64,000 nt of DNA from Phyllosticta citribraziliensis (Eukaryota), in assembly GCF_038025025.1 (NCBI RefSeq), contig NW_027117346.1:1798001-1862000 (forward strand), written 5' to 3'. Numbering within the stretch: position 1 is the first letter of the stretch; each line of letters begins with the position of its first letter. This document shows, one piece after another, positions 1 through 11,051 of the stretch. The notes under the pieces were generated by a model that worked only from the letters and a program-made list of their open reading frames with translations, was not told where the DNA came from and made no database searches. A program made the translations under genes and the position numbers.

Positions 1-2432
1 CCGGGTCCATTTTTAGTGATAGTGCCGCTTTCAACCCTTACCAACTGGAATAACGAGTTTGAAAAGTGGGCACCGAGCGTCAAGCGCATCGTTTACAAGG
101 GTCCGCCAGCACAGCGACGAGTTCAACAGCAGCAAATTCGCTGGGGCAACTTCCAAGTCCTGCTCACGACCTACGAATTCATCATCAAGGACCGCCCGAT
201 CCTCAGCAAGATCAAGTGGTTGCACATGATTGTCGACGAAGGCCATCGCATGAAAAACGCCAATTCGAAGCTTAGCAGCACCATCACACAGTACTACACC
301 ACCCGCTATCGCCTCATTCTCACTGGTACGCCACTGCAAAATAACCTTCCAGAATTGTGGGCGCTCCTCAATTTCGTCCTCCCCACCATCTTCAAGTCTG
401 TCAAGTCTTTTGATGAGTGGTTCAACACGCCCTTTGCCAACACTGGTGGTCAAGACAAGATGGAGCTCTCAGAAGAAGAGCAACTGCTCGTCATCCGTCG
501 TCTCCACAAGGTGCTTCGTCCATTCTTGCTTCGTCGTCTCAAGAAGGATGTCGAAAAGGACTTGCCCGACAAGCAGGAGCGCGTCATCAAGTGCACCTTT
601 TCTGCACTCCAGGCCAAGTTGTACAAGCAGCTAGTCAACCACAACAGGCTCATGGTCAGCGACGGCAAAGGCGGCAAGACTGGTATGCGCGGTCTGAGCA
701 ACATGCTAATGCAGTTGCGCAAACTCTGCAACCATCCCTTTGTCTTTGAGGAAGTCGAGGACCAGGTCAATCCTGGCCGTGGCACCAACGACCTCATCTG
801 GAGAACTGCAGGCAAGTTCGAGCTTCTGGACAGGATATTACCCAAGTTCCAGGCAACTGGCCACAGGGTGTTGATGTTTTTCCAAATGACCCAAATCATG
901 AACATCATGGAGGACTTTTTGCGTCTGAGAGGATTGCAATATCTCCGTCTTGATGGTTCGACCAAGTCTGACGACCGGTCGGAGCTCTTGAGACTGTTCA
1001 ATGCTCCCAACTCGCCCTACTTTTGCTTCCTGCTCTCCACACGTGCTGGTGGTCTAGGATTGAACTTGCAGTCAGCAGACACTGTCATCATCTACGACTC
1101 CGACTGGAACCCTCATCAGGATCTGCAAGCGCAGGACCGTGCTCACCGTATCGGTCAAAAGAACGAGGTCAGAATCCTGCGCCTCATCTCCTCCAACTCG
1201 GTCGAAGAAAAGATTTTGGAGCGCGCCAATTTCAAGCTCGATATGGATGGCAAAGTCATTCAGGCTGGCAAATTCGACAACAAGTCGACCAACGAGGAAC
1301 GTGATGCCATGCTCAGAATCATGTTGGAAAGCGCCGAGGCTGCGGAAAACCTTGAGCAGGCAGAAATGGACGACGAAGATCTAAACGTGATTATGATGAG
1401 GAGCGACAATGAGCTTGATGTTTTCAGAGACATTGACGCACGTCGCGCCAGAGAAGACCAGTTTGGGCCGGACAAGAAGTTTCCCCGTCTACTGAGCGAA
1501 GCCGAGCTGCCTGAAATCTACGTCAGTGACGACAATCCAGTCGTGGAAGAGATTGAGGAAAGCACCGGTCGTGGCGCTCGCGAAAGGAGACAGGTCAAAT
1601 ACGACGACGGTCTCACTGAGGAGCAATGGCTGGAGGCTGTCGACAATGACGAGGACACGATCGAAGCAGCGATTGCTCGTAAGGAGGCGGCAAAGGTGCG
1701 ACGTGCGACTAACAAGGCCAGGCGCGGGGGCGACGATGCCGAGTCGCCTGCCCCTTCTCGGGAGAGTTCTGAAGAGCCTCAGCCTCCAAAAAAGCGTGGA
1801 CGTAAGCCCAAGGTGACGGAAAAGCGCAAAGCAGATGAGGCATCGCTCGACGGTGATGTTACGCCTGCTCCTCGCAAACGCGGTCGCCAGGCCAAGACTA
1901 CCGAGACGCTCTCTCCTGAGGATCGGCAAGCGCTGCAAAAGATTCTCAACAACGTCTACGAGGCATTGAATGACTTGGAAGAGCAGCCGCCACCTGGAGA
2001 GGACCTTCAACCTCGCGGGATTATTGATCCCTTCATCGTGCTTCCCGATCGAACCGATTATCCAGACTACTACAAGATTATTCCTCAGCCAATCTGCATG
2101 GACCAGATCAAGAAGAAGATTAATAAGAAGGAATATCAGCACACGCGACAATTCCGAGCCGACATGGCCCTGCTGTGCAACAATTGTCGCACGTACAACG
2201 AAGACGGCAGTGTCTTGTATTTGGATGCAAACTTGATCGAGGACACGTGTGTCAAGAAGCTCATGGAGGAGACGGCGGAACATCCGCAGTTCCAGGACTT
2301 TGAGGACGGCGGCCACAGTGCGAGACCCAGCACAGGCCCTGTAAGCAGTGTGGGCACACCTTTGGCGAGCGGAGGCCGTAAGTAGTTGACATGAGAGCAG
2401 TCTCAGCACATGCTAACGTCTCAACAGGCTAA
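1..2432 (+). CDS. STH1: SNF2-family chromatin-remodelling ATPase with C-terminal bromodomain (RSC/SWI-SNF catalytic subunit Sth1/Snf21), 5' part outside window
   Basis: Frame is open from base 1 (PGPFLVIVPLSTL). Motifs DEGHRMKN, LTGTPLQNNL, LLSTRAGGLGLNLQ, QAQDRAHRIGQ and bromodomain (YPDYYKII..PI.MD...NC.TYN). A probable terminal intron 2378-2427 (GTAAGT..GCTAAC..CAG) moves the stop from 2385 to 2432. Confidence 0.95.
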
Positions 2433-3569
2433 AGTCTAGATTTCATTACGATTGCTGACGGAGTTTATGAGAGTTCGCTTCTTTGATATTCTCCTGTTCT
2501 GCCTCTCCCATCCAACAAGACTTGTTCGCCACCGAGGCCCATTTACACAGGAGCAAGAGCCGATGCAGCAGATCAACCAAAAATACCACAACGCGTTCAA
2601 GGTGGCATCTAACACCTGTGTGTTGAGCTTTTCTATTCCGGGAGTGTGCAAGCAGCGACGGACGGATGGACGGAGCTGGATTGGATGCTACTACTACTGC
2701 AAGGCGCAATAAGAGACACATGGCGGGGTCGGCGATTGGTCGGTTGCAAGCAGTTGCATTCTCAAATTCTTCTTTTCAAGTCCTTTCTTTGCTTATCATG
2801 AGTCGTCGACCATTGTGGTGGTGGTGGTGGAGGAAGGCCAGGGAAGAGATCGATCGACTGGCGTTTTTGTATTTTCATGGTTTGTCTGGGAAGCTGCTAC
2901 CGTAGCAGGGGTTTGCACTTTTCTGCTTTTTTCCTGGTCGTTCTTCATGGATTGAGTGAGTCAGCCGGTCAACAAAGACTATTTTCTTCTCCCTGTGGGT
3001 GTCCAGAGAGGGGCATGTCTGTCAAATGATGGTTGAGCCGCCGCAAACCCGACGGATCGCGTTGCGAGGCCAGGCAACGCCCGGCTTGCATCGTGCGTGA
3101 GCGCGTGAGGGTTGATGTGTCAGTGGTTCCGCGGTAGTGAAGAAGCAGGTCGGCATTACTTGACTGCGTGGACCGGGAAATGTATTTCTACATGTTGAGT
3201 GAGTGCGATGAGCGATCCGTGGACTCGGAAGCCTGGTTTGGGCTGGGCTGGACGCCAAAAGAGCGGCCGGGGCTTGCTTGACGCAAAGAGCCAGGCGTAG
3301 CAAGGCAAAGCAAGGAAAGATGAGAAACTGAGGGTGTGGTGAGGAGTATAGTCAGATGACACAAGCACAATATGGGAATAAGTAGACAAACAGGATAGCG
3401 CAATCGCAATTGCTTCTTGCTGTTATCTGCTTGCTCGGATGGTTGACTGTTGGCTGTCTATTGCACGGAAGATGGCCTTTTCAGTGTTGAAAAAAGCGCA
3501 AGGGGCACGGTAGGCCGCAGGAAGAGCGTGACGGTCATCATGGTTGAGGGCGTAAGGTTAGAGGACATT

Positions 3570-3628
3570 GTGGTTGAGGGCGTCGTGGTTGATGGCGTCG
3601 TGGTTGATGGCGTCGTGGTTGATGGCGT
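3570..3628. repeat. 15-bp tandem repeat (GTGGTTGATGGCGTC-type), about 4 units
   Basis: Seen directly: gtggttgagggcgtc gtggttgatggcgtc gtggttgatggcgtc gtggttgatggcgt. Confidence 0.85.
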
Positions 3629-3832
3629 TAAGGGTGAGGGCGTCTCGGCCAAGGGCAAAAGCGTCTTGCGTGGGTGCCATTATGAGGGCAATGTGGTGGA
3701 GAGTGAGGGAGGACGTGGGAAGTGGGAGAGTTCAAGTGCCTGATGGCATTCAACAATACAGAGAGGGAAGGTGAGGGGGAAGGGAGGCAGGCCGGGGAGA
3801 GATGGTGAAGATGATTGAAGTGATTTGCGGAT

Positions 3833-4055
3833 GACTGCTCCCTAGTCTCATCCGCGACAGTGAATGAATGCTCCCTCCTCTTGTTCCTTCAAAAGCTTGA
3901 GCAACCCATCTTACATATTTGCCTGACCCGGCATTTCCACTTTACAAGATCACTTCTCCTTCCTCATACTTCTCTCCTCCAAGCTTTCTCTTCTCTTCTT
4001 TGTTGTATGCCGCATTCTGGGCAGACTGAAATGCCTGGACAGGATTCGCACATCT
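3833..4055 (-). pseudogene. C-terminal fragment of the UDG-like/Cys4 family (copy C)
   Basis: Minus strand reads CESC, frameshift, QAFQSAQNAAYNKEEKRKL, matching CKACRAHRSAQTTARAQEKKRKL of copy A. It ends in the shared EQEEGAFIHCRG* tail. Confidence 0.55.
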
Positions 4056-4232
4056 CGACTAGGACGTCGAAGACAGCGGAGATGGTGGAGGTAGTACTGA
4101 GGGAGGGGTAGAGTGAACAGATGGTGGATGGGAAAGTGGAGTTACCATTCATTCTATTCGTAGCTCCTAGCAAGCAAAAGCAAATATTAATTAGCATCTT
4201 TCCCACGTCATATACCTGCAACACAGACGATC

Positions 4233-5260
4233 TTATTCGTCTTGCTCCTCCTGCTCCTCTTGCTCGTCTTGCTCCTCTGCGAGCTTGCGCTTCTTCTCCT
4301 GCGCGCGTGCTGTGGTCTGGGCTGATCGATGTGCCCTGCACGCCTTGCACCGGTCAGAGTAGTCCCCATCTCCACTACCCTTTCTCTCTGTGACATTCTT
4401 CTTCCGTCCTCGACGGTCACCGACGTAAAACTCCTCTTTCTCAAACCAGGCGTCGCACCGAATACATTGTTTGGCTGAATCAGTCAGCCCATCTGGCCTG
4501 TCATCCTGGAACTGCTTCCTCTTGATAAGGCCATGGATTGCTGGCAGCTGCGCATTCCTGTCGTCAACGGAGGATTGGACCAACGCGGCCTGTGCGGCAG
4601 GTTGCGCTCGCTTCGTTGCCTCGCTCGGTTTCTATGTCATGGCAGCTACTTCGGCTGGTGTTCCAAACAGCACGATTTCTTGCCACTTGAGTGTCTTGCG
4701 CTCCATCTCTGACATATTTCGCGGGCCGAGATCGTCATCCCACGTGGGGATGTGCGAAACGTTGTTGTTCATGAGGAAGGCATGAATGCCTTGGTAGACG
4801 GCCTCAGTGCTGCCAAATTAGCTCAGCACGCCGTTCAAATTGCTGGCGAATTGGGTCAGATTGGCGCGAGTCTGCGCCAAAGCAGCATTGCCTTTTATAA
4901 GGCCCGTGACTTTGATATGGCTGAGATGGTCCAGGTTGTGCGCATACGGCACATCCAGGAAATTCAGCTGGCCGTAATTGACTTTGTCCCAACCCGCCTG
5001 CCAGACGGCGCCAAATGAGATGATGGCTGCGAACCTAAAGGTACGCTTGAATCATTAAAGGCTAGTATGAGTAGTCAAACCAAAACTTACTTGATATTGA
5101 ATGAGTCTCTTGCCATCAGGAGCTCTAGCTTGATGGCGATAAACAGACGCGCCATCTCTCTTTCGTCATGGAAAGCTTCACAGTAGGCTGTGAAGCCCTC
5201 CTTTGCTGTCTGCCGTCGGCAAATCATACGCAGGTCGAACAGGATGACTGGCCGTTTGAA
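4233..5260 (-). pseudogene. Degenerate copy A of an uncharacterised family (putative UDG-like fold plus CxxC..CxxC), 5'-truncated
   Basis: Translates FKRPVILFDLRMICRR..AIKLELLMARDSFNIK, intron (~5090-5037), FAAIISFGAVW..NFLDVPYAHNLDHLSHIK..HIPTWDDDL..KWQEI..CIRC..CKAC. In-frame stops at 4818-4820 and 4632-4634. Collinear with the copy at 8670-10020. Confidence 0.8.
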
Positions 5261-5623
5261 CAGAAAGCGGCAGGAACAGGAAGAGGGAGCATTCGTTCAC
5301 TGTCGCGGATAACATTAGGGAGCAGTCGTTCACAACCAGGCTTACGTCTAGGGAGCGGTCGGCCGCTAACACATTGCACCTGGGCAGCTGACCGGGACCA
5401 AATCTCTTCAACCGCCGTGAGGATAAGTAAGGTCAAGCCTCGCGACCAAGCCATCCACAAGCTTGTCGAGCTCTGAAGCCATGGTGTAATTTCGGAGGTT
5501 TGGTTGCAAATAGGCAGAAAAGAAAACGTCGGTGCCGATACAATGGCCCTACTATCAACCAGAGGCTCCAATGTCCCGGTCTTGCGACCTCTTCGCTTGG
5601 GAGTTCACTGTAGGATACTAGAT

Positions 5624-8275
5624 TTAGTCTCCTGTAAGATCGATACACTCAATCTCCACCATTGCGTCGTTTGCCCCACTTGGTGCTTGCGGTTTTCCGA
5701 GCGCTGCTTGCGCGTCGCCGACTTCCTGGCGACTCGAGTCCACTTCCCCTAAACTGGCCCAGTGGGCTCTCGCAGCGTCTCGAGCCGAGAGTGGTTCAGC
5801 CGGTGGAGCCTCCGATATCTCGTTGAACCGTTGCTCGCGACTAGGCGATGATCGCCCCATTAGAGACCCATCAGGGCTTGCCAATTCACCACCTGCAACG
5901 TCAAAACTTTCGTGATGGACGGGGACTCGTGGGACCGCCATCCATTCCGCGTCAAGTTGAGCCTGCAATTCCATTGCGAATCGATAATCATCGTCCAATG
6001 GCGAAGGTGCACGATGAGTGGACCCTGAATTTGCATTGTCTGGCCGAGTGCGGGCTCTGGGCGTGCTCAAAACTGGCAAAGGCCCCGGTGATGGGCTTCC
6101 GATGCGCCTTCTCACTGGATTTGAGCCACGACTGACGAAAAGGTCCTCTTCACTGTCGGAATCCGAATCTGAACCCAAATCGAGAATATTAGTCTCCCTG
6201 GTGTTTGGAAAAATGCGTGGGAACTCTGCGAATGGATTCACAAATCTTGGTCTGGGCATGGCGACAGGCGAACTCTCCGTGATCGAACTTGTTGCACCTG
6301 ATGTTGGCTGGGAAGTCATTGACGCACGAATGGCATTGGAATTGTTGAAGGTCCCCGCTGGCCGGGGCCTAGGAGCTGGCGGCCTCTCGGCCGAGGTTGC
6401 TGTCGAGTGAAGGCTGTCTTGAATTTCTGACCTTTCATTGGAGGAGCCAGATTCGCCTGCTCTTGGCCGACTAGATGCGGTCGCTGGTACTGAAGCTGTG
6501 GTACCTGCAGCGGAATGGGAGTTTAGTGCTGCGCGGATGATGTCTGAATTGTTGAGGGATTTTGGAGCCCGTGGCCTTCGTTCTCGAGGCTTTCGCGCCG
6601 CAGGTATGGCGGGCATTGGTGAGCTTTCCTCCATGGCCGGCGCTATTGGGGCAGATTCCCAGCCCCCAACAAGATCGTCTGTCGCGTCAATTCTTCTTCG
6701 AGTGGCCACAGTGGGTTCATCTTCTGGATATCGATCTCTTGTCTTTCGCTTTCTGCTTGTCTCAGGGACTTGGTGAGAATTGCCCAGGGCTGTTGTGGAT
6801 CCGGTGGGTGCCTCAGTCTGATGCAGCTCTTCAGGTTGTTCTACTCTTTCTCTCCGCTTACTGCTTCGTTTCGGAGATGGTGGAGCCTCAAAAAAGGAGG
6901 CAGGAAGGCCGTGACGGAGAATTGTCTCGAGGATTCCGCATTCAATTTTGGCATTCGGATCAAAGTCGCCCTTGGCTTTGGTAGCCAATTTTGCCCAATC
7001 TTCGCCCTCGGGTCGGACCATCAAGTCAAAGCTCACGAGATCACGAGGAAGAAATCGAATCTTGCGCTCCAGTCTTTGGTGACTGCCATCAGCATTCACC
7101 TTTCTCCTCGAGTTGACGAGTTCAACCCCAAAAGGTACACTCGTTGCAACACCCTCGTCTATGACAGCGCCGCGACTAAGCTTTCGAACGAGCAGCAAAG
7201 GACAGACATGGCGCAAAAAGTCCTTGGTCGACAACTGCACCTCTTCAATCAAGAATTGCCTCAACATTGCTTGGTCAATCTCCACATCCCATCCATTCCT
7301 TAAACCTCGAAGGGAATGCAGCTGTTCCCGGCTAGATGTAACTGGGTCGTTGTAGTGCTTCAGGTGCAGAGGGCGTGGCCAATCGGCGGGAATTTCGACG
7401 TCCTTGTTCTTGAAAAAATCCAGCATGTCGAATCTGAAATGCGGGAGACGGCTGTTCGGGGACTCGCAAAGCCTTTTGCCGTAGCCCTTCTTAACTGCCT
7501 TCAATGCCAGTGTTGGTCCGCATCCCTTCAGGCCCTGTCTGTTGTAGTCACCGCCGGCCAGCATTGCAAAGAGTACCATCCCTTCGCGATCGAGTTGGTG
7601 TTTTTGGAGGATCTCGTGCGCGCGATGGACACGGACACGACTCTCGTCCTTCTTTTGGCCCTTCCCACCTTCCTTGGGAACCTTGTGGGTACGGAAAAGC
7701 AACGTGCAGCCAAACATGAGCGTGTCACTGTCCTCAGACCACACGGCATCCACGATCCCCTCTTGTTGTAGTCGAGCGCATTCTGCTTCTGCCTCGGCGG
7801 GTGCTCGATGGTGTGGGACTCGTAGTCGGTCGAGAAGCTTCCGCAGGACGTTGATTTTTGAGTAGTCGACACGACCAGCAGGACCACCTCGTTTCCAAGG
7901 CCTTTTTGGGCCGTCGAAAATGAAGATGAGCTGGACATTGAGCCCGAGTATCTTGGTGATCCGGTAAAACAAGAGTCGTTCGACGGGGTTTGCATTGGGG
8001 GTTTCTACCTCGTGTTTTAGAACGGTTCCATTGAACCAAAAGAAGGACAATTACCTTTCAAGATTCCCTTGACTTGATGCTCGTTGAGGTTGTGGAATCG
8101 CCATCCCGCTTCGTCGACGGCGATGCGGAGAGGCCGACCGGTGCGCCGAAAGTGATCAGAGGCAAGTTGGGCGATTTCTGTTACATCTCCTTCTCCAACA
8201 ATGTCCCAGAGACTGCAGCGGCATGAGTAGAGGTCCAATTTCTGTGTCAATGAGTGCATACCCTGTGATACCCAT
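5624..8275 (-). CDS. XPG/Rad2-family structure-specific nuclease, GEN1/Yen1-like (flap endonuclease / Holliday-junction resolvase), 3 exons
   Basis: Spliced start MGITG|LWDIVG..PLRIAVDEAGWRF, IFIFDGPKRP, APAEAEAECARLQQEGIVDAVWSEDSDTLMFG, H3TH motif AMLAGGDYNRQGLKGCGP. Long disordered C-terminus ending in SIM-like CIDLTGD. Introns at ~8261-8213 and ~8054-8005. Confidence 0.9.
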
Positions 8276-8340
8276 GATGGCGGTCTTTGGCGACAGCCAA
8301 TACGTTGGTTGAGCTGTGGAGGAGAGTCGGTGGAGCCAGC

Positions 8341-8430
8341 GTCGCGTCGTCGGAAAGTTACCTAGCTCGAGACGCGTCGGTAAGGTATCCCTGCGCGATG
8401 ACGTAAAATCCGGTCGCGTCTGAACGCGTC
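8341..8430. promoter_or_regulatory. Cluster of MCB-like elements (ACGCGT x2, CGCG cores) in the divergent promoter of the GEN1-like gene
   Basis: ACGCGT at 8372-8377 and 8424-8429, TCGCGT near 8342 and 8414, 70-150 bp upstream of a DNA-repair gene. Confidence 0.5.
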
Positions 8431-8669
8431 TTCTTGGTTGGAGACGCCCAACACTGTCCAAGTTCATCCAATTTCTCAATTGTTCTCTTCTTATCCGACT
8501 CGCAGCATTACCATTCGTCGTCAATCCAGCCTCGTTATCAGCAGTCTGACAGACCACGTCCTTGCCAGCGACCTCTAACCTGACGCCCTCAATTAACACC
8601 ACCGAAACGCCAGATGGCCAATTTCATGGCACGCCCTTTGCTGCAACACCTCTACCAGACAAGACCGAG

Positions 8670-10020
8670 ATGCTTACCAAGGCAAAAAATAAGGAGGAGA
8701 AGATTGATGACGCAGTAATATCCCAATTATTCCTAACTTTAATGGAGCTTATCTAATTAAAATCTTAGTGGTCGAAACGTTCAGCTTTTGATCTTTCTTT
8801 CGACATCACGCAGCTTGTCAATATTGTGAGCGATTTCGAGAAACGCTGGCAAAGATTCCGCACGAGACGGGATGGCTACACCGCATGGTGCCCGTGCCCG
8901 AACGTCTTCGGAATCCAGAAGCGATAGTTTTTCTGGGCACTTGCCCAAGACACAACGAATCAGTAGACTTCACCGCTGTCCCGATCGAACAACGAGATTT
9001 AACACTACTCATCCTCATGGCAGTCCAGGAAGTCTTTGGAAAACTGGTGATATTGTTTGACCTTCGCATTATTTGCCAACGGAAGCCTGAGAAGGCCGGC
9101 CCGACCAAGTATTACAAATGGTTCCAAGATAAGCATAGGGTGGCGCAGCTAAACCTAGCCATTAAGCTAGAACTCCTGATTGCCAGGACAACATACAACA
9201 TTAAGTAAGTAGTAGATGGACCACCATTAACATATATTGACCATGTTGCTCTACAGATTTGCGGCCCAAGTTGAAGTACGGACAAGCTAACTTCCTCGAT
9301 GTTCCATTTATCCACAATCTTGACCACATTGGACACATCAAAACCACGGGCCAAATTTGTAAGCGTAGCCATGTTGTAGACTCGTCACAACCTGACTAAA
9401 TTTGCTAGAAACCTGCACTAAGTACTCAGAACCTTTAAGGACGAGTCTGAAGTCTATAACGCCATCCATGCCTTTCTCATGCCATGGTGTTGAACACATC
9501 CCAACATGGGATGAAGACCTTCTTACAGTTAGAACCATGTCCGAATTTGAGCAGAAGATGCTTAAATGGCAAGAGGTCATGGTCTTCAACATAGAGGAAG
9601 AGAAGAAGGCGCTCAAGTGGAAGCCTATGGAGTTGACTAAGCGGGTCAAGCCAGAAGATCAAGCAAAACTTACGCAACTCACGCGTGAGTCGATCAATGC
9701 CCTAGCAGCTCAAATCCCTGCTATTGATGCTGCTGCTGGAGTAAACAATAAGAGAAATCAACCAAGGCCAGAGGGCATGTCTGATCAGGCAGCGGTATGT
9801 ATTGCCTGCCGTGAGTTGCATGAACGAGACCAGTCCTTTGTGGGAAATAAGAAGGGACGACAGAAGGTTACTGAGAGGAATAAGACAAGTGATTCCAACT
9901 ACTCAGATTGCTGTCGTGCCTGCTGGGCGCAACTTTCGGCACCTTGATGTGTGTAAGAGAGCTGAAGAGAAAGCGGGAGGAACAGGAAGAGGGAGCATTC
10001 ATTCACTGTTGCGGATGAGA
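8670..10020 (+). pseudogene. Near full-length degenerate copy B of the UDG-like/Cys4 family, 3 exons
   Basis: ATG 8670 MLTKAKNKEEKIDDA, intron, WSKRSAFDLSF..CPCPNVFG, frameshift, NPEAIVFLGTCP..VILFDLRIICQR..AIKLELLIARTTYNIK, intron, FAA..NFLDVPFIHNLDHIGHIK..HIPTWDEDL..CIAC..CRAC. Has several frameshifts and stops (TAG 9377, TAA 9419). Confidence 0.8.
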
Positions 10021-10144
10021 CTAGGGAGCGGTCGGCTGTTACCGCTCGGGCTCGATGGTATCCTCTAGCGTCTGAGCCGCGTTGGGAGCATTCATGTTGC
10101 CGGGCGACGGGGGCGCGTCGACGGACGAATGCATCCAGTCAGAC

Positions 10145-10149
<5 letters not shown>

Positions 10150-10176
<27 letters not shown>
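10150..10176. repeat. (GA)n microsatellite
   Basis: About 13 GA units seen directly. Confidence 0.95.
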
Positions 10177-10181
<5 letters not shown>

Positions 10182-10532
10182 AAAACAAAGGTGAGGCGAG
10201 GAGAGGCGAGGTCGAACGACGGCTCCTACGCGTAGTACTTCGAAGGAAAGCCGAAAAAGAGTAGGAAAAAAAAACCCTCAATTTCTTATTTTTATTCTTA
10301 ACCATGCTCCCCTCTTTGTCATGATTCATCCTGTGCCGAGGCTTGAAGGGTCAGTGTGCCTGCACAGTAGGTGGCTTCGTCCCTGACAACCAAGAGGAAG
10401 GAGCATCGCCCCACCGGAGCCGAGCCTAAAGCCGGTATTTTCGCGCACCTTCAATTCGTACTGTCTCGGCCAAGATCCAAACCTGATGTCTCATGCTTCT
10501 CACAACTCCGTCACCCGTCTCCTCGCCAGAAG

Positions 10533-11051
10533 ATGCCTCGCAAACTCCCTTGGCTAAGTTAGAAATCGCTTCATGCTGCCAACTGAGACGACCAAAAAGC
10601 TGCTCCCCCTATGCAAACTCCAAACGAGTAGGTTTCCTGCGCCAACCTACCACGCAGCTGGATTCTTACGTTATCCAGCTCAAAAAATGGTGATGATGAT
10701 TGGGTCATGGTTGAAGACGAATTGCTCGCCACCGCTCAACTCTTCACCAGGCCAATCCATCTTGCGCATTACAAAAAGCTCTTCCCGGATGATGAGCGTG
10801 CAGCGCTGGAGCGCACCGATACTTGCCACGGTTACTCTGAACCCTTGAATCAGTCGAGCCAGCTCTCGTCAACCTCACAATCCATCAACCGCACACGCAG
10901 AAAGAAGTACAGGGCGACTCCAAGGCATAGCGTAGCCAAACTTTGGGCTTCAACGGCTACTGACTCTTCGTCTCGTGCGAGCAATTTCGACTGTCGAGCA
11001 GCCGACGCCGCAGCAGCACTTGAGTTGTCCATCAACGGGTCGGATCGGTGA
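10533..11051 (+). pseudogene. Probable pseudogene of a conserved fungal hypothetical protein (MPRxLPW ... MVEDExLxTAxxFT motif)
   Basis: MPRKLPWL start and a 51-nt intron 10628-10678 (GTAGGT..CTTAC..CAG) are in frame with DDDWVMVEDELLATAQLFTRPIHLAHY. In-frame stops at 10560 and 10584. The family was recognised from memory only. Confidence 0.5.

Noticed and set aside
1489..2409. Long antisense ORFs over STH1 (and similar ones over SAC3, YCF1 and PTH1)
   Set aside because: Shadow ORFs caused by codon bias on the opposite strand of well-supported genes
3833..5327. Non-autonomous TIR transposon (MITE/Pack-MULE) bounded by the 60-bp inverted repeats
   Set aside because: No target-site duplication seen, no transposase in the window, and a third copy is simply the 3' end of copy B; kept only as an unexplained repeat
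10000..10030. Helitron 3' end (CTAG) in the 60-bp element
   Set aside because: No convincing GC-rich hairpin, and homology between copies continues past the CTAG
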